From Centroscyllium fabricii (taxonomy: Eukaryota), in the NCBI GenBank assembly GCA_051313645.2, contig JBNRSN020000005.1, positions 304,730,001 to 304,794,000 on the forward strand: DNA of 64,000 nucleotides. Direction: 5' to 3'. Below the pieces are notes generated by a model, which ran no database searches, was not told the DNA's origin, and saw only the letters and a list, made by a program, of their open reading frames with translations. A program made the position numbers and the translations under genes. Positions 1 through 12,000 of the stretch are shown piece after piece (position 1 is the stretch's first letter; every line of letters starts with the position of its first letter).

Positions 1-399
1 CTGGATTTGTTTTCATTAGAGTAAAGGAGGTTGAGGGGTGATTTGATCGAGGTGTACAAGATCATGATGGGTTTGGATAGGCTAGATGGGGAAAGGCTGT
101 TCCCACTAGTTGACGATACAAGGACTCGGGGGACACAGATTTAAGGTTTTGGGTAAAAGATACAGGGGGGACGTGAGGAAAAACTTTTTTACGCAGCGAG
201 TGGTGAGGACCTGGAACTCGCTGCCGACGGAAGTGGTGGAAGCGGAGACACTCAATGTTTTCAAGGGGAGACTTGAGGGAAATAAACTTGCAGGGCTACG
301 GGGATAGAACGGGGTAATGGGACTGACTGGATTGCTCTACAGAGAGCCGGCACGGACTCGATGAGCCGAATGGCCTCCTTCTTTGCCGTGTGACTCTAT
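1..399 (+). mobile_element. CR1-clade LINE, 3' end fragment (ORF2 C-terminus and 3' tail)
   Basis: Translates to GHRFKVLGKRYRGDVRKNFFTQRVVRTWNSLP, the typical CR1 ORF2 C-terminus; followed by a GGCCGAATGGCCT-type 3' UTR. Confidence 0.9.
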
Positions 400-636
400 G
401 GGGGAAACATTGGGTGGCTTGCGCCAGCCGTCAGCGCCCTAAGAGAGATGCTAATGGGGCGCAAGGCACCTAGCGCCTGAGCTGGCAACTCCCGCGATAT
501 TCACCAGGGCGCTGGCAGCCATTAGTGCCCTGTGGCGCTGCGCCACCAGTGATGACATCATCGCCGTGCGCAGCACCCTGCTCGTGCCCCGGCCACGAAC
601 TTCAGTCATGCCCCCTGACTTAGCGCCGGACGCTGT
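400..636. mobile_element. Truncated GC-rich MITE, same family as 1577-2312, opposite orientation
   Basis: Aligns by eye to the reverse complement of ~2090-2312 (GGGGAAA.ATT.GGT.GCTTGC...GATGACATCATC...GAACTTCAGTC). Confidence 0.75.
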
Positions 637-921
637 CTAGGAAGTTAGGAGGTAAATTAAAAAATAGAACCTCAAAGATAGTAATCTCAGGATTGCTACC
701 AGTGCCACATGCTAGTCAAAGTAGAAATAGAAGAATATTTCAAATGAATACGTAGCTAGAGGAATGGTGCAAAGGGGAGGGATTCAAATTCCTGGGACAC
801 TGGAACCGGTTCTGGGGGAGGTTGGGGCCAGTACAAAAAGGATGGTCTGCATCTGGGCAGGGCCGGGACCGATGTCCATGGGGAAATGTTTGCTAGTGCT
901 CTGGGGGAGGGTTTAAACTAA
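637..921 (+). pseudogene. CR1 ORF1 remnant, SGNH/GDSL esterase-like domain
   Basis: Reads KIVISGLLPVPHAS...LEEWCKGEGFKFLGHW...YKRDGLHL...GLN-stop; the DGLH motif is typical of CR1 ORF1 esterase; contains an in-frame stop and a frameshift. Confidence 0.75.
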
Positions 922-977
922 AATGCCAGGGGGTTGGGAACCTGAGAGGGGAGACAGACGAAAGGGAAACAAGGATA

Positions 978-1440
978 CACAGAAACACAGAAGATAGGAG
1001 CAGGAGTAGGCCATTTGGCCCTTCAAAACACAGAAACATAGAAACATAGAAGATATGAGCAGGAGTAGGCCATTCGGCCCTTCGAGCCTGCTCCGCCATT
1101 CAATGAGATCATGGCTGATCATCCAAACCCAGTACCCTGTCCCTGCTCTGTCCCATATCCCTTGATTCCTATTGAGCCTGCACCGACACATATCCCACCC
1201 CATCCCCGTAACCCCACATATTCAATCCCCCTAACACTAAGGGTCAATTTATCTTTGCCAATCAACCTAACCCGCACATCTTTGGACTGTGGGAGAAAAC
1301 CGGAGCACCCGGAGGAAACCCACGCAGACACGGGGAGAATGTGTAAACTCCACGCAGAGAGGTCCCAGGCCAAGCAGGATTCGAACCCAGGAGCTCCTTA
1401 TTGCGAGGCAGCAGTGTTAACCACTGCGCCACCATGTTGT
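978..1440 (-). mobile_element. HE1-type V-SINE (tRNA head, V core, CR1-derived tail)
   Basis: Minus strand has A box TGGCGCAGTGG, B box GGTTCGAATCC, V core GTGTCTGCGTGGGTTTCCTCCGGGTGCTCCGG and the same 3' tail as the CR1; the tail is partly duplicated. Confidence 0.88.
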
Positions 1441-1576
1441 CAGATAAAAGCAAAAGACAGGAAGGAGAAAAACAAGAGTGGCAGACTGAGAAATCAAGGG
1501 TGTAAATCAAACATGGCCACAGCAAATAATAATTCTAAAAGATTTAAGAGCGTTAAAAAACAAGCCTGAAGGCTAT

Positions 1577-2312
1577 GGGGGAAAAATTCGGTGGCGCCCA
1601 TTTTGGGGCGCTAACCTCGGTGGTGCGCTACCTTTAGCGCCTGGCTAATGCTCGCGCCACTCCTCAGGAAATTTGGTAATAATGTCCCAAGTAGGAGGTC
1701 AGGCGCTACTGCAGGCACTCGACCTCGTTCTTTAGGTGCAACAACTGAATTTCGGGCGCTGTGGGTTGCTGCTCCATGCTATACAGAGAGCTGCGCCGCG
1801 GTACTGCAGGCCTTCCTCCCCCGATTAAAGGGGAGTGGCCTAGCGCTGTTCCGGCCGGAGCCCCGTTGGGCCGCTGGGGATTGCAATGCCGCCGAAGGAG
1901 CCCGGCACTCGAGGGAAGTGCCGGGCTCATGGAGCACAGCCAGCACACCACGGGGGCGGGGGGGGGGGGGGACAGCCGGGGACTGCAGAGGGGGCAGGTG
2001 CTGGCAGACGGCCAGCAAGAAAAATGGCTGCCCGGTACCCTTCCCTTTAATTATCGCTCCCCTGCTGCAAGCATGCACCCTTGACCCTGTCATTGGCAGC
2101 GTCAGGCGGTACGGCAGCGGGCGCGACTGAAGTTCGCGGCCGGGGCTCAAGCGGGGTGCTGCGCACTTTGATGATGTCATCACCGGCAGCGTAGAGCCGT
2201 GAGGCGCTACCGGCTACCACCCCCGCCAACGCCCCACTGAATATCGCGGGAGGCACATTAGCAGCCCTCTTAGGGCACTAACGGTAGGTGCAAGCAACCA
2301 AATTTTTCCCCC
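1577..2312. mobile_element. Non-autonomous DNA transposon (MITE), possibly PIF/Harbinger-like
   Basis: Terminal inverted repeats GGGGGAAAAATTCGGT / ACCAAATTTTTCCCCC; splits the CR1 ORF2 start (SLKA | LYLYARSIR). TSD not clean. Confidence 0.75.
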
Positions 2313-5300
2313 GTTGTATCTTTATGCGAGGAGCATTCGTATTAAGGTGGATGAATTGGCTGCGCAAATAGAGGTAAACAAATATAATATGATTGAGATT
2401 ACGAAAACATGGCTCCAGGATGGCCAAGGCTGGGAACTCAACATCCAAGGGTATTCAATATTCAGGAAAGACAGGCAAACAAGTAAAGGAGGTGGGGTAG
2501 CATTGCTGGTTAAAGAGGAGATTAACACAATTGTAAGGAAGGATATTGGCTCTGATGATGTGGAATCTGTATGGGTGGAACTGAGAAATACCAAGGGGCA
2601 GAAAACATTAGTGGGAGTGCTATATAGACCTCCAAACAGTAATGCGGAGGTCGGGGATGGCATTAGAAGGGAAATTAGAGAAGCATGCAATAAGGGCACA
2701 GCAGTTATCATTGGAGACTTTAATCTACATATAGATTGGACTAACCAAATTAGTAACAATGCTGTGGAGGAGGAATTTCTGGAGTGTGTACGGGATGGTT
2801 TTCTGGAACAATATGTTGAGGAACCAACTAGAGATCAGGCCATCTTAGACTGGGTATTATGTAATGAAAAAGGATTAATTTGCAATCTTGTGTGATTCCC
2901 CTTGGGACGGAGCGATCCTAATATGATAGAATTCTTCATTAAGGTGGAAAGTGAAGGAGTTGACTCAGGCACGAGGGTCCTGAATTTAAATAAATGAAAC
3001 TACGATGGTATGAGGCGCGAGTTGAGTAGGATTGATTGGGGAATGTCACTCAAAGGGTTGATGGTGGATAGGCAATGGCAAACATTCAAAGATCGCATGG
3101 ATGAACTACAGAATGTGTTCATCCCAGTTTGGCATAAAAATAAAACGAAAAAAGTGTCTCAACCGTGGCTAACAAGGGAAATTAGAGATAACATAAGATC
3201 CAAGGAAAGGTCTTATGAATTGGCCAGAAAAAGCAGTAAACCTGAGGATTGGGAGCAGTTTAGGATTCAACAAAGGAGGACAAATGGATGAATTAAGAGG
3301 GGGAAAATAGAGTATGAGAGTAAGCTTGCAGGGAACATAAAAACTGACTGCAAAATCTTTTATAGATATGTGAAGAGAAAAGGATTGGTGAAGTCAACCG
3401 TAGGTCCCTTGCAGTCAGAATCAGGGGAATTTATAATGGGGAACAAAGAAATGGCAGACCAATTAAATACACACTTTGCTTCTGTCTTCACAAAGGAGGA
3501 CACAAACAACCTCCCGGAGATGTCGAGGAACATGGGGTTTAATGAAAGGGAAGAACTGATAGAAATCAGTATTTGTAGGGAAATGGTGTTAGAGAAATTG
3601 ACGGGATTGAAGGCCGATAAATCCCCAGGGCCTGATAATCTATATCCTAGTGTACTTAAGGATGTGGCCCCAGAAATAGTGGATGCAGTGCTGGTCATCT
3701 TCCAAAATTTGATAGACTCTGGAACAGTACCCATGGATTGGAGGGTAGCTAATTTTACCCCACTATTTAAAAAAGGTGGTAGAGTGAAAACGGGGAATTA
3801 CAGAGCGGTAAGCCTGACATCGGCAGTGGGGAAAATGTTCGAGTCCATTATAAAAGATGTAATAGCAGAGTACTTGGAACATAGTGACCGGATCGGACAA
3901 AGTCAACATGGATTTACAAAAGGTAAATCGTACTTGACTAATCTGGAATTTTTGAGGATGTAACTGGTAAAATAGATAAGGGAGAACTAGTGGATGTAGT
4001 GTACTTGGACTTTCAAAAGGCTTTCGATAAGGCCCCGCATCAGAGATTAGCATGTAAAATTACGGCACATGGGATTGGGGGCAAGGTATTGACTTGCATA
4101 GAGAACTGGTTGGCAGACAGAAAGCAAAGAGTTGGAATAAATGGCTCTTTTCTCGAGTGGCAGGCAGTGACTAGTGGGATACCGCAGGGATCTGTCCTTG
4201 GACCCCAGCTATTCACAATATATATTAATGATCTAGACGAGGAAACTAGATGTAATATCTCCAAGTTTGCAGACGACACAAAATTGGGTGGGCGTGTGTG
4301 CTGTGAGGAGGATGCCGAGAAACTCCAGTATGATTTGGACAAGTTGGGTGATTGGGCAGAAGCATGGCAGATGCAATATAACGTGGATAAATGCGAGGTT
4401 ATCCACTTTGGTGTCAAAAACAAGAAGGCAGATTATTATCTGAATATCAATAGATTGGGGGAAGGGGAAGTACAATGAGACCTGGGCGTCCTTGTGCACC
4501 AGTCGCTGAAGCTAAGCATGCAGGTGCAGCAGGCGGTCAAGAAGGCAAATGGTATGTTGGCCTTCGTAGCGAGAGGGTTTGAGTACAGGAACAAGGATGC
4601 CTTTCTGCAGTTGTACAGGGCCTTGGTGTGACCACTGTATCCTTCAAGTACATTTCGCCAGTGTGAGAAAGCGTTTGATGCTCCAGGCGATCGGGGGTCA
4701 ACTTCGAACACTGATGGTTTCAACATTGTAGTATCCATTTCCAGTAGTTAATAAAATTGTAACCGTCAATAACGTCTTCGGAGTCGAATAGTTGGTTATA
4801 ATAATCAGGCTTTTATTAACTACGTTTAGCAATACTCAACAGAGCTGACTGTCCCCAGAATGGCATGGGGGATGGTAGCAGTCTCTTATATACCTCCTCC
4901 AGCGGGGGAGGAGTCATGGGCGGCGCCAGGTATGTCCCTGGGATCCCATACAGGTATTACAAGGTATTACAGGTATTACAAGGTATTACAAGGTATTACA
5001 AGGTGGTTCGTTATATACAGTGATATATAGTTTATCACAACCACATCTTGAGTATTGTGTACAGTTTTGGTCACCTTATCTGAGGAAGGATGTTCTTGCC
5101 ATGGAAGGAGTGCAGTGAAGATTTACCAGGCTGATACCTGGGATGGCAGGAATGACGTATGAGGAGAGGATGGGCCGATTGGGCTTGTACTCATTGGAGT
5201 TTAGAAGAATGAGAGGGGATCTCATTGAAACTTATAAAATTCTAACAGGACTGGACAGACTCGATGCAGGAAGGATGTTCTCGATGGTGGGGGAATCCAG

Positions 5301-5514
5301 AACCAGGGGTCACAGTCTAAGGATAAGTGGTAAACCATTTAGGACAGAGATGAGGAGGAATTTCTTCACCCAGAGAGTGGAGAACCTGTGGAATTCTCTA
5401 CCACAGAAGGCAGTAGAGGCCAATTCATTAAATATATTCAAGAAGGAGTTGGATATATTTCTTACGGCTAAAGTTATCAAGGGATATGGGGAGAAAGCAA
5501 GGACAGGGTACTGA
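2313..5514 (+). pseudogene. CR1 ORF2 (endonuclease + reverse transcriptase), broken into fragments
   Basis: ORF fragments 2314-2895, 3010-3291, 3370-3963, 3990-4478 and 5143-5514 are consecutive parts of one CR1 ORF2. Confidence 0.9.
4636..5039 (-). mobile_element. Truncated Gypsy LTR retrotransposon: one LTR (4758-5039) plus the first ~35 gag codons
   Basis: 5-bp TSD ACCAC (4631-4635, 5040-5044); LTR TGTGAT...GTTACA with TATATAA and AATAAA; gag start MDTTMLKPSVFEVDPRSPGASNAFSHW resembles MEKLLRPARIDLEPNGPAAAKVWKHW at 9080. Confidence 0.85.
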
Positions 5515-5639
5515 ATTTGGATGATCAGCCATGATTGCATTGAATGACAGAGCAGGCTCGAGGGGCCGAATGGCCTACTCCTGCCTTCTATGTTTCTATG
5601 TTTCTATACATGCTGGAACCTGGTGCTAAAGACTGCAGA

Positions 5640-7330
5640 GATAATGAAAGATGAAGCCATGGAGAGACTTGTAAATGGGAACTAAGATTTTGAAATTTTG
5701 TATTGGATGATAGACAACCAATGCAGATTGCTAAGGACAGGGACAATGTGAAAGTGAAATAAATTGCAGGTAGTGCAGTTTTGGATGAATTGTAATTTGT
5801 GTAGCACTTGGGAGGCCAGCAAAGTGTTGGCGTAATCAAGTGGAAAGCTGACAAAGGCATGGATAGGGATTTGATGGAGGCAAGTGATATTGCGTAAGTG
5901 GAAATTTGTGTTCCTAGGATACATAGAAACATAGAAGATAGGAGCAGGAGTAGGCCATTCGGCCCTTTGAGCCTGCTCCGCCATTCAATGAGATCATTGC
6001 TGATCATCCAAACCCAGCACCATGTCCCTGCCTTGTCCCCATATCCCTCGATCCCTATCGAGCCTGCACCGACACATATCCCACCCTATCCCCGTAATCC
6101 CACATATTCAATCGCCCTAACACGAAGGGTCAATTTATCATGGCCAATCAACCTAACCCGCACATCTTTGGACTGTGGGAGTAAACCCACGCAGACACGG
6201 GGAGAATGTGCAAACTCCACACAGATAGTACCCGAGGCTGGATTTGAACCCGGGTCTCTGGTGCTGTGAGGGAACAGTGCTAACCTCTATGCCACCACTA
6301 GGTTGTGGCTAGGATGTGTGATTTGAAGCTCAACTCTGTGTCAAACAAAACACCAAGGCTGTACACTGTAAGGCTCAGTCTGTGCGAGCAGGCAAAGAAA
6401 GGGATGTAATGAGGGGCTAAGGTACTGAGTTTTTTGGTGGGAGCCAAACAGGAAGGAATTGGTTTTGTTAACATTGAGTTGAAGGGAGTTCTTGCTCATC
6501 CAGCACTTGATGTTGACTAAGCAGCCACAAAGCACAATGGTGGCCAAGGAGTCAAGAGTGGTAGCAGAAAGGTAAATGTGAGTGTTTCAGCAAACACATG
6601 AAAGCTAACCCCATACCTATAAATAATGTCGCCAAGTAGCAGCATGTAGATGAGAAAAAGAACTGGGTTGAAGATTGAGCTTGGAGCACACTCAAGTGAT
6701 TGTATGTGGTTGGGACGAAATGACATTGCAAAAGATATACAGGCTTTTTGGGACAATTAGGAGTAGAACCAGGCTTGGTCAGTGCCACGAAGCTGGGCCA
6801 TAGAGAAGAGATGGAGGAGAATAGAGTGGTCAGGGAGGGTGTGCTGAGAATGGAACTGCACGATGACACATTGGTAAGGCTTTAAGCAAGGAAAGGGAAG
6901 TTTAAGATTTGAAGAAATTTAACAGAGGGATCAAGGGTAAGTTTTTCAAGCAGGAGGTGGTGTTGGCAGGCTTGAAAGGTAAGATCAGAACCAGAGGATG
7001 AGGAGCCATTGAGCTGAGGATGGATAATTGTTTGCCACAGAGTTGGTTTGTTAGGGGTTGAATGCTCGGACGTGGGTCTTGTATGGTGACGAATGTGGTG
7101 AGAGACAAGGAGATGGAGGATAGGCTGCAAAGGGATGTGGAATCAGAAAAGGGTATGGGTGGACGGGGGGATGGGGAGGAGGAGGAGGATGAGACACTGA
7201 GGCAGCCAAGTAGGCAGACTTGATCTTTGTGAGAAAGAAATTCATAACCTCCTCATATTTGATGTTAGAGATGAAGATAGTGTGAGCAGAAAAAAGAGGT
7301 GATTTGTCATTTTAGAGATCAACCTGGGGT
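5640..7330 (-). mobile_element. Old L2-like LINE ORF2 fragment, interrupted by an HE1 SINE
   Basis: Minus-strand fragments LFLIYMLLLGDIIYRYGVSFHVFA and IKCWMSKNSLQLNVNKT match L2/CR1-group RT motifs; heavily decayed. Confidence 0.7.
5920..6298 (-). mobile_element. HE1-type V-SINE
   Basis: Same head, core and tail as 978-1440, with a small internal deletion. Confidence 0.85.
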
Positions 7331-7559
7331 TGTCCTTACTTTGTTGTATAATTCTGGAATAGTGTGAGGATGTAGGGGAAGACATAGTACTGCTTCACAG
7401 TACTGATGTGAACCAGATATTGCAGTGGACAAACGGGCCATTTGTGCGTTAGGTGCGCACTATTCCTGCGGCCTTCAGATTTAAGGGCACTCTAGTGGGA
7501 ATTCTACAAGAAGAATGGTGGTAATGGAAGTCAGTGAGGGATTTGGAGGGGATGAGGGC

Positions 7560-7745
7560 ATCAAAGAGCAGGTTGAGTGGAGCAGCTGTGCCAGTGTCTC
7601 CTATTTTTATTTCCAATATACAGTGCCTTACATTTATCCATATTAAACTGCATTGGCCACTGATCAGCCCATGTGCGAAGCCTGCTGTGATCACTTTGTA
7701 AGGTTCTGCTCCCCTTATCTACGCTAACAGTGAACCAAGCCAACA
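7560..7745 (-). mobile_element. Short old CR1 RT fragment
   Basis: Translates to WADQWPMQFNMDKCKALYIG. Confidence 0.65.
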
Positions 7746-8462
7746 CAAAATTCTGAAGAACTGCCTCCGGTGTGAATTAATGATCTCAGATGATTAACCC
7801 ACCATGGGGAAGGGCAGCTGAATAAGAAAAAAGAAAACTTTACCTGCTTAATGCATCATGCTGGGAGGTGAACATCAACCAGCATGCCTGCACATTGAAC
7901 TCGCCACTTGCCAGCACAGTAAAATCTGTAGAAGAGATTAGGCAGCAGTATTCTGTGACGGCAAACCCCTGCAGAATAAAACTGCTATGCTCTTTCAGTC
8001 TTTATGAAACAATTTTAATAAACTTATAAAATCAGTTATGTGTGGTATAAACAGGAGTTCAGCAACTTACTGAAAAGTAGACAACCATGCATGTTGGGCC
8101 TGTGTCACTCACTCTTTCGGCTTGTGAGTTGTGCAACTGATGCCACTGTGTTTATTTTGCAGTAAACCACTAGGCCTCATCAAGTAATCTGAAAATTACT
8201 ATTAAGATGTTATCTTATGAGCACTTAATGGGTTCATATAAAATTCCTTCCTCTGCTATTTTAATAGAAATATTAACCTATTTAAAATGAACAGGTTAAT
8301 GTCTGTTAAAATAGTGAAGAAAGGAATTTGATACAAGGAAAGGAATTGAGTCTTCATACTGTAAGATTTAGCAGCACCTGGAGGGAATGATCATTTAACA
8401 ACAAAACATTAACTCCTGATGTACACTATTATTCAGTGAGTTAATCTGCAGATTTTACTAAA

Positions 8463-8650
8463 AACAGAAATAACTTACATTTATATAGCGCCTTTCACAA
8501 CCTTAGGACGTCCCAATGCACTTTACAGCCAATTAAGTCCTTTTGATGGATGTCATTGTTGTGATGTAGGGAAACGCAGCCACCAATTTGCACACAGCAC
8601 AGTCCCACAAACAACACTGAGATAATGACCAGTTAATCTGTTTTAATGAT
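8463..8650 (-). mobile_element. Deu-domain SINE (SacSINE1-like), 3' half; its 5' half lies at 16084-16255
   Basis: Tail ACTTACATTTATATAGCGCCTTT on the + strand; the sequence continues seamlessly after 16083, collinear with the copy at ~42140-42550. Confidence 0.7.
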
Positions 8651-8750
8651 AGAAACATAGAAGATAGGAGCAGGAGTAGGCCATTCGGCCCCTTGAGCCT
8701 GTTCCACCATTTAATGAGATCATGGCTGATCATCCAAATTTAGTACTCTG

Positions 8751-8981
8751 TGTCGTAAAACACAACTTCCTAAATAACCTAGGAACAGTTACTGGTTGGC
8801 CAGCTGAGGGCACCGACCAGGGAGTATAAATACCGGGGCCTAAGCACCAGTTTAAACAGAGACACTCTAGAACTAGGACGCTAGTGACTGTGAACAAGCT
8901 CTCTCTCTTTATGTTATGTTGTAAGTTGAATAAAGCCTTGCTTTATGTTCACTAAGAGCTTGGTAAGTCTTTATTACATCA
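8751..8981 (+). repeat. Gypsy 5' LTR
   Basis: TG...CA ends, TATAAA at ~8825, AATAAA at 8929-8934; direct repeat of 13427-13691. Confidence 0.93.
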
Positions 8982-9079
8982 ATTTATTCAACTTATTATC
9001 GTCTCCATGCTGGGGTGATTCGGAACAACCAGTTGCAACTCAACCTTAGAAAGGAATTTAGCAAGGAATTGAATCCATC

Positions 9080-12000
9080 ATGGAAAAACTCCTGAGGCCT
9101 GCTCGCATTGACTTGGAACCGAATGGACCTGCAGCAGCAAAGGTATGGAAGCATTGGTTTCATACTTTCGGCAACTTTCTTGAAGAATGTGGGGTGGATG
9201 CCTCTATTAAATTACGAATGCTTATCAACTACGTATCACTGCACATGTATGATTATATTGAGGACTGTACAGACTACGACACTGCTATCCAAACTTTACA
9301 CCAGTTGTATGTCAAATCTTCGAATGAAATCTTTGCGTGACACTTACTGGCCACAACTCGGCAGCAGCCAGGGGAATCACTCAATGAATTCCTCCAGAAA
9401 CTTCGCAGGCTTAGTAAAAACTGTAACTTTAAGGCTATTTCGGCTGAGAAGTATCAAGAGGAACTCATCCGCGATTCCTTTATCAATGGAATTGCGGCTC
9501 CTTTTATACGGCAGCCATTACTGGAAAATAAAACCCTCGATTTACAGGCGGCCGACGACCAGGCGTACGCTTTGGATCTAGCAAAAAAAAATGCAGACAC
9601 TTATCTCCCACTGCGTGCACGGGCGGTGGCTATCACTAGGAAAGAATTCTTAGATAGGTCTTGGGTGGAAGATCCCGCTGATGATGACTCTACTCTAACA
9701 GATGATCACCCTACCCCCGAGGCCTTCACTGATGCTGACCCCGCCTTAGCAGCGTCCTGGCAATCAAACAAAAAGTGTTTTTTTTGTGGCAGTACATTTC
9801 ATTACCGAAAATGTTGTCCGGCTCGGAATGTGACCTGCAACTATTGCAACAAAAAAGGACATTTCTCCAAAGTATGCCAGTCAAAAGCCTCGGCTAACAA
9901 GAGAGGCCGCTCCCCTAAAGCATACCGGGCGAGAGCTCATGTCAGCTTCACAGCTGCCCTCTATGGAACTGCTTCTCCCCCAAGAAACACTACTATGGCT
10001 ACAGCTGGCGAGGATGAAACTGCCCCTCCCCCTATCACAGCTGTTTTTCCACAAAGTCTGTCCTATGCAGCCAGAAGGTTTTGATCAATGGACACACTCT
10101 GAGCGCATTAATTGACTCCTGCAGCTCTGACAGCTTCATCAGTAAGCGGGCTGTCAAAAGCCTCGGCTAACAAGAGAGGCCGCTCCCCTAAAGCATACCG
10201 GGCGAGTTAAAACTTCACATTTACCCTTCGGATAGAGAGATTGCGATGGCTTTGACGACTTTGACTACCAATTCTGCTGGATTCTGTCTTGTCACCCTCA
10301 TCCTCAATGGCCGCACCTATTCCTCCACCCAGCTTGGAATACTCGAGAATTTATGCAGCGATGTGCTTCTGGGGCAAGATTTCCAGAAGCAACACAAGAG
10401 ACTCACTTTTGAGTTTGGAGGGTCCAGGCCGGAGCTTACCATTTCTAAGGCGCCGTTTTGTGCACTTTCGGCGGCCTTGCTCGGCGAACCCTCCTTATTT
10501 CCCAATCTCTCCCCCCGCTGTAAACCCATCGCCACCAGATCACAACGTTTCAGCCAGGATGATCAAGCATTTATCGGGACAGAAATTTCTCGCCTCTTAG
10601 CTGAGGGGAATCATTGAACCATCTTCGTCGCCCTGGCGGGCTCAAGTCGTCATTGTGAAGAACTCTTTAAAACCACATAAGAAATGTCTATGTATCGACT
10701 ACTCACAAACTATCAACCAATATACTGATCTGGATGCCTACCCACTCCCACGTATAGATGATATGGTCAACAACCTTGCCAAATACAAGGTATTTTCAAC
10801 TTTCGACTTAAAAAGCACGTACCATCAGGTGCCACTGAAAGATTCAGACAAGAAGTATATGGCCTTTGAGGCCAATGGTTGGCTTTATCAGTTTCGTCGC
10901 CTTCCATTTGTGGTCACCAATGGGGTGGCTGTCTTTCAACGAGCCATGGATGGCTTGGTCAGGCAAGAGTACTTGACGGATACTTTTCCATATTTGGACA
11001 ATATCACTATTGCCGGCCATGATCAGAAGGAACACGACACCAACCTGCGGTACTTTTTTGACGTCCTCCCTCGTCACCACTTAATGTTGAACAACTCTAA
11101 ATCAGTGAAATTGGTACCGTCAGTTAATATTCTTGGCTACTGGGTGGGCAACGGTGTCATTAAACCAGACCCAGAGCGACTTCATCCACTTCAGGAGCTT
11201 CCTCCTCCTGCAAATCTTGGCGCTCTTCGTCGGGCACTTGGCATGTTTGCTTATTACGCAAAGTGGATACCTCACTTCTCTGATAAAATACAGCCCCTGC
11301 TTCATGCGAAGTCCTTTCCATTAGATGCAACGGCTCTTTCGGCCTTTGACCTCCTCAAACGGCTGCTGGAGAAAGCCACGCTTCGCTCCATTGACGAGAA
11401 CCTTCCCTTTGTGGTCGAGTGTGATGCATCGGAGGTAGCGATCTTGGCTACCCTGAACCAAGGTGGGCGACCGGTGGCATTTCTATCCAGAACTTTGCAG
11501 GGTAGCGAGATCCATCATGCCCCTGTCAAGAAGGAGGCCACAACCATCATCAAAGCTGTGCGCCAATGGCGCCATTTTCTTGCTCGGCGTCATTTTACAG
11601 CAGCCTTCATGCTAGACAACCGGAAATGCACCAAAATCAAAAATAATAAAATTCAACTTTGGCGAATGGAGTTGGCTGCCTTTGGTTATACTATCCGTTA
11701 CTGACCCGGCAAACAGAATGTGGCCCCATATACCTTCACACGGGCATTCTGCTCTTCAATGTCATCATCAACCCTGGCGGATCTCCATATGGACTTATGC
11801 CATCCGGACGTAACTCGCATGCTGCATTTTGTGCAATCCAAAAATCTACCATTCTCCACGGAAGATGTCAGAAAAGCTTGCTCCTCCTGCAGGACTTGTG
11901 CGGAATTGAAACCACAATTCTTCCACCCATCAGATGGCGTACTCATACACGCTATGCAGTCCATGCAGCGACTTAGCATAGACTTGAAAGGGCCATTGCC

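Larger units (their letters stand above)
637..5607 (+). mobile_element. Long decayed CR1 (HER1-like) LINE with ORF1 3' part, ORF2 (APE + RT) and 3' tail; interrupted by a SINE, a MITE and an LTR fragment
   Basis: Collinear ORF1 remnant, endonuclease (YRPP, GDFN), RT (YLDFQKAFDK, QGSVLGP, FADDTKL) and a (CTATGTTT)n tail; several stops and frameshifts. Confidence 0.92.

Noticed and set aside
1375-1435. tRNA-like A and B boxes
   Set aside because: SINE head, not a complete tRNA cloverleaf.
1648-2256. Several overlapping 70-160 aa ORFs
   Set aside because: By-product of GC-rich MITE sequence; no protein motifs.
4950-5003. 10-bp tandem repeat (CAAGGTATTA)n
   Set aside because: Ordinary U3 tandem repeat inside the LTR; no spacers, so not CRISPR-like.
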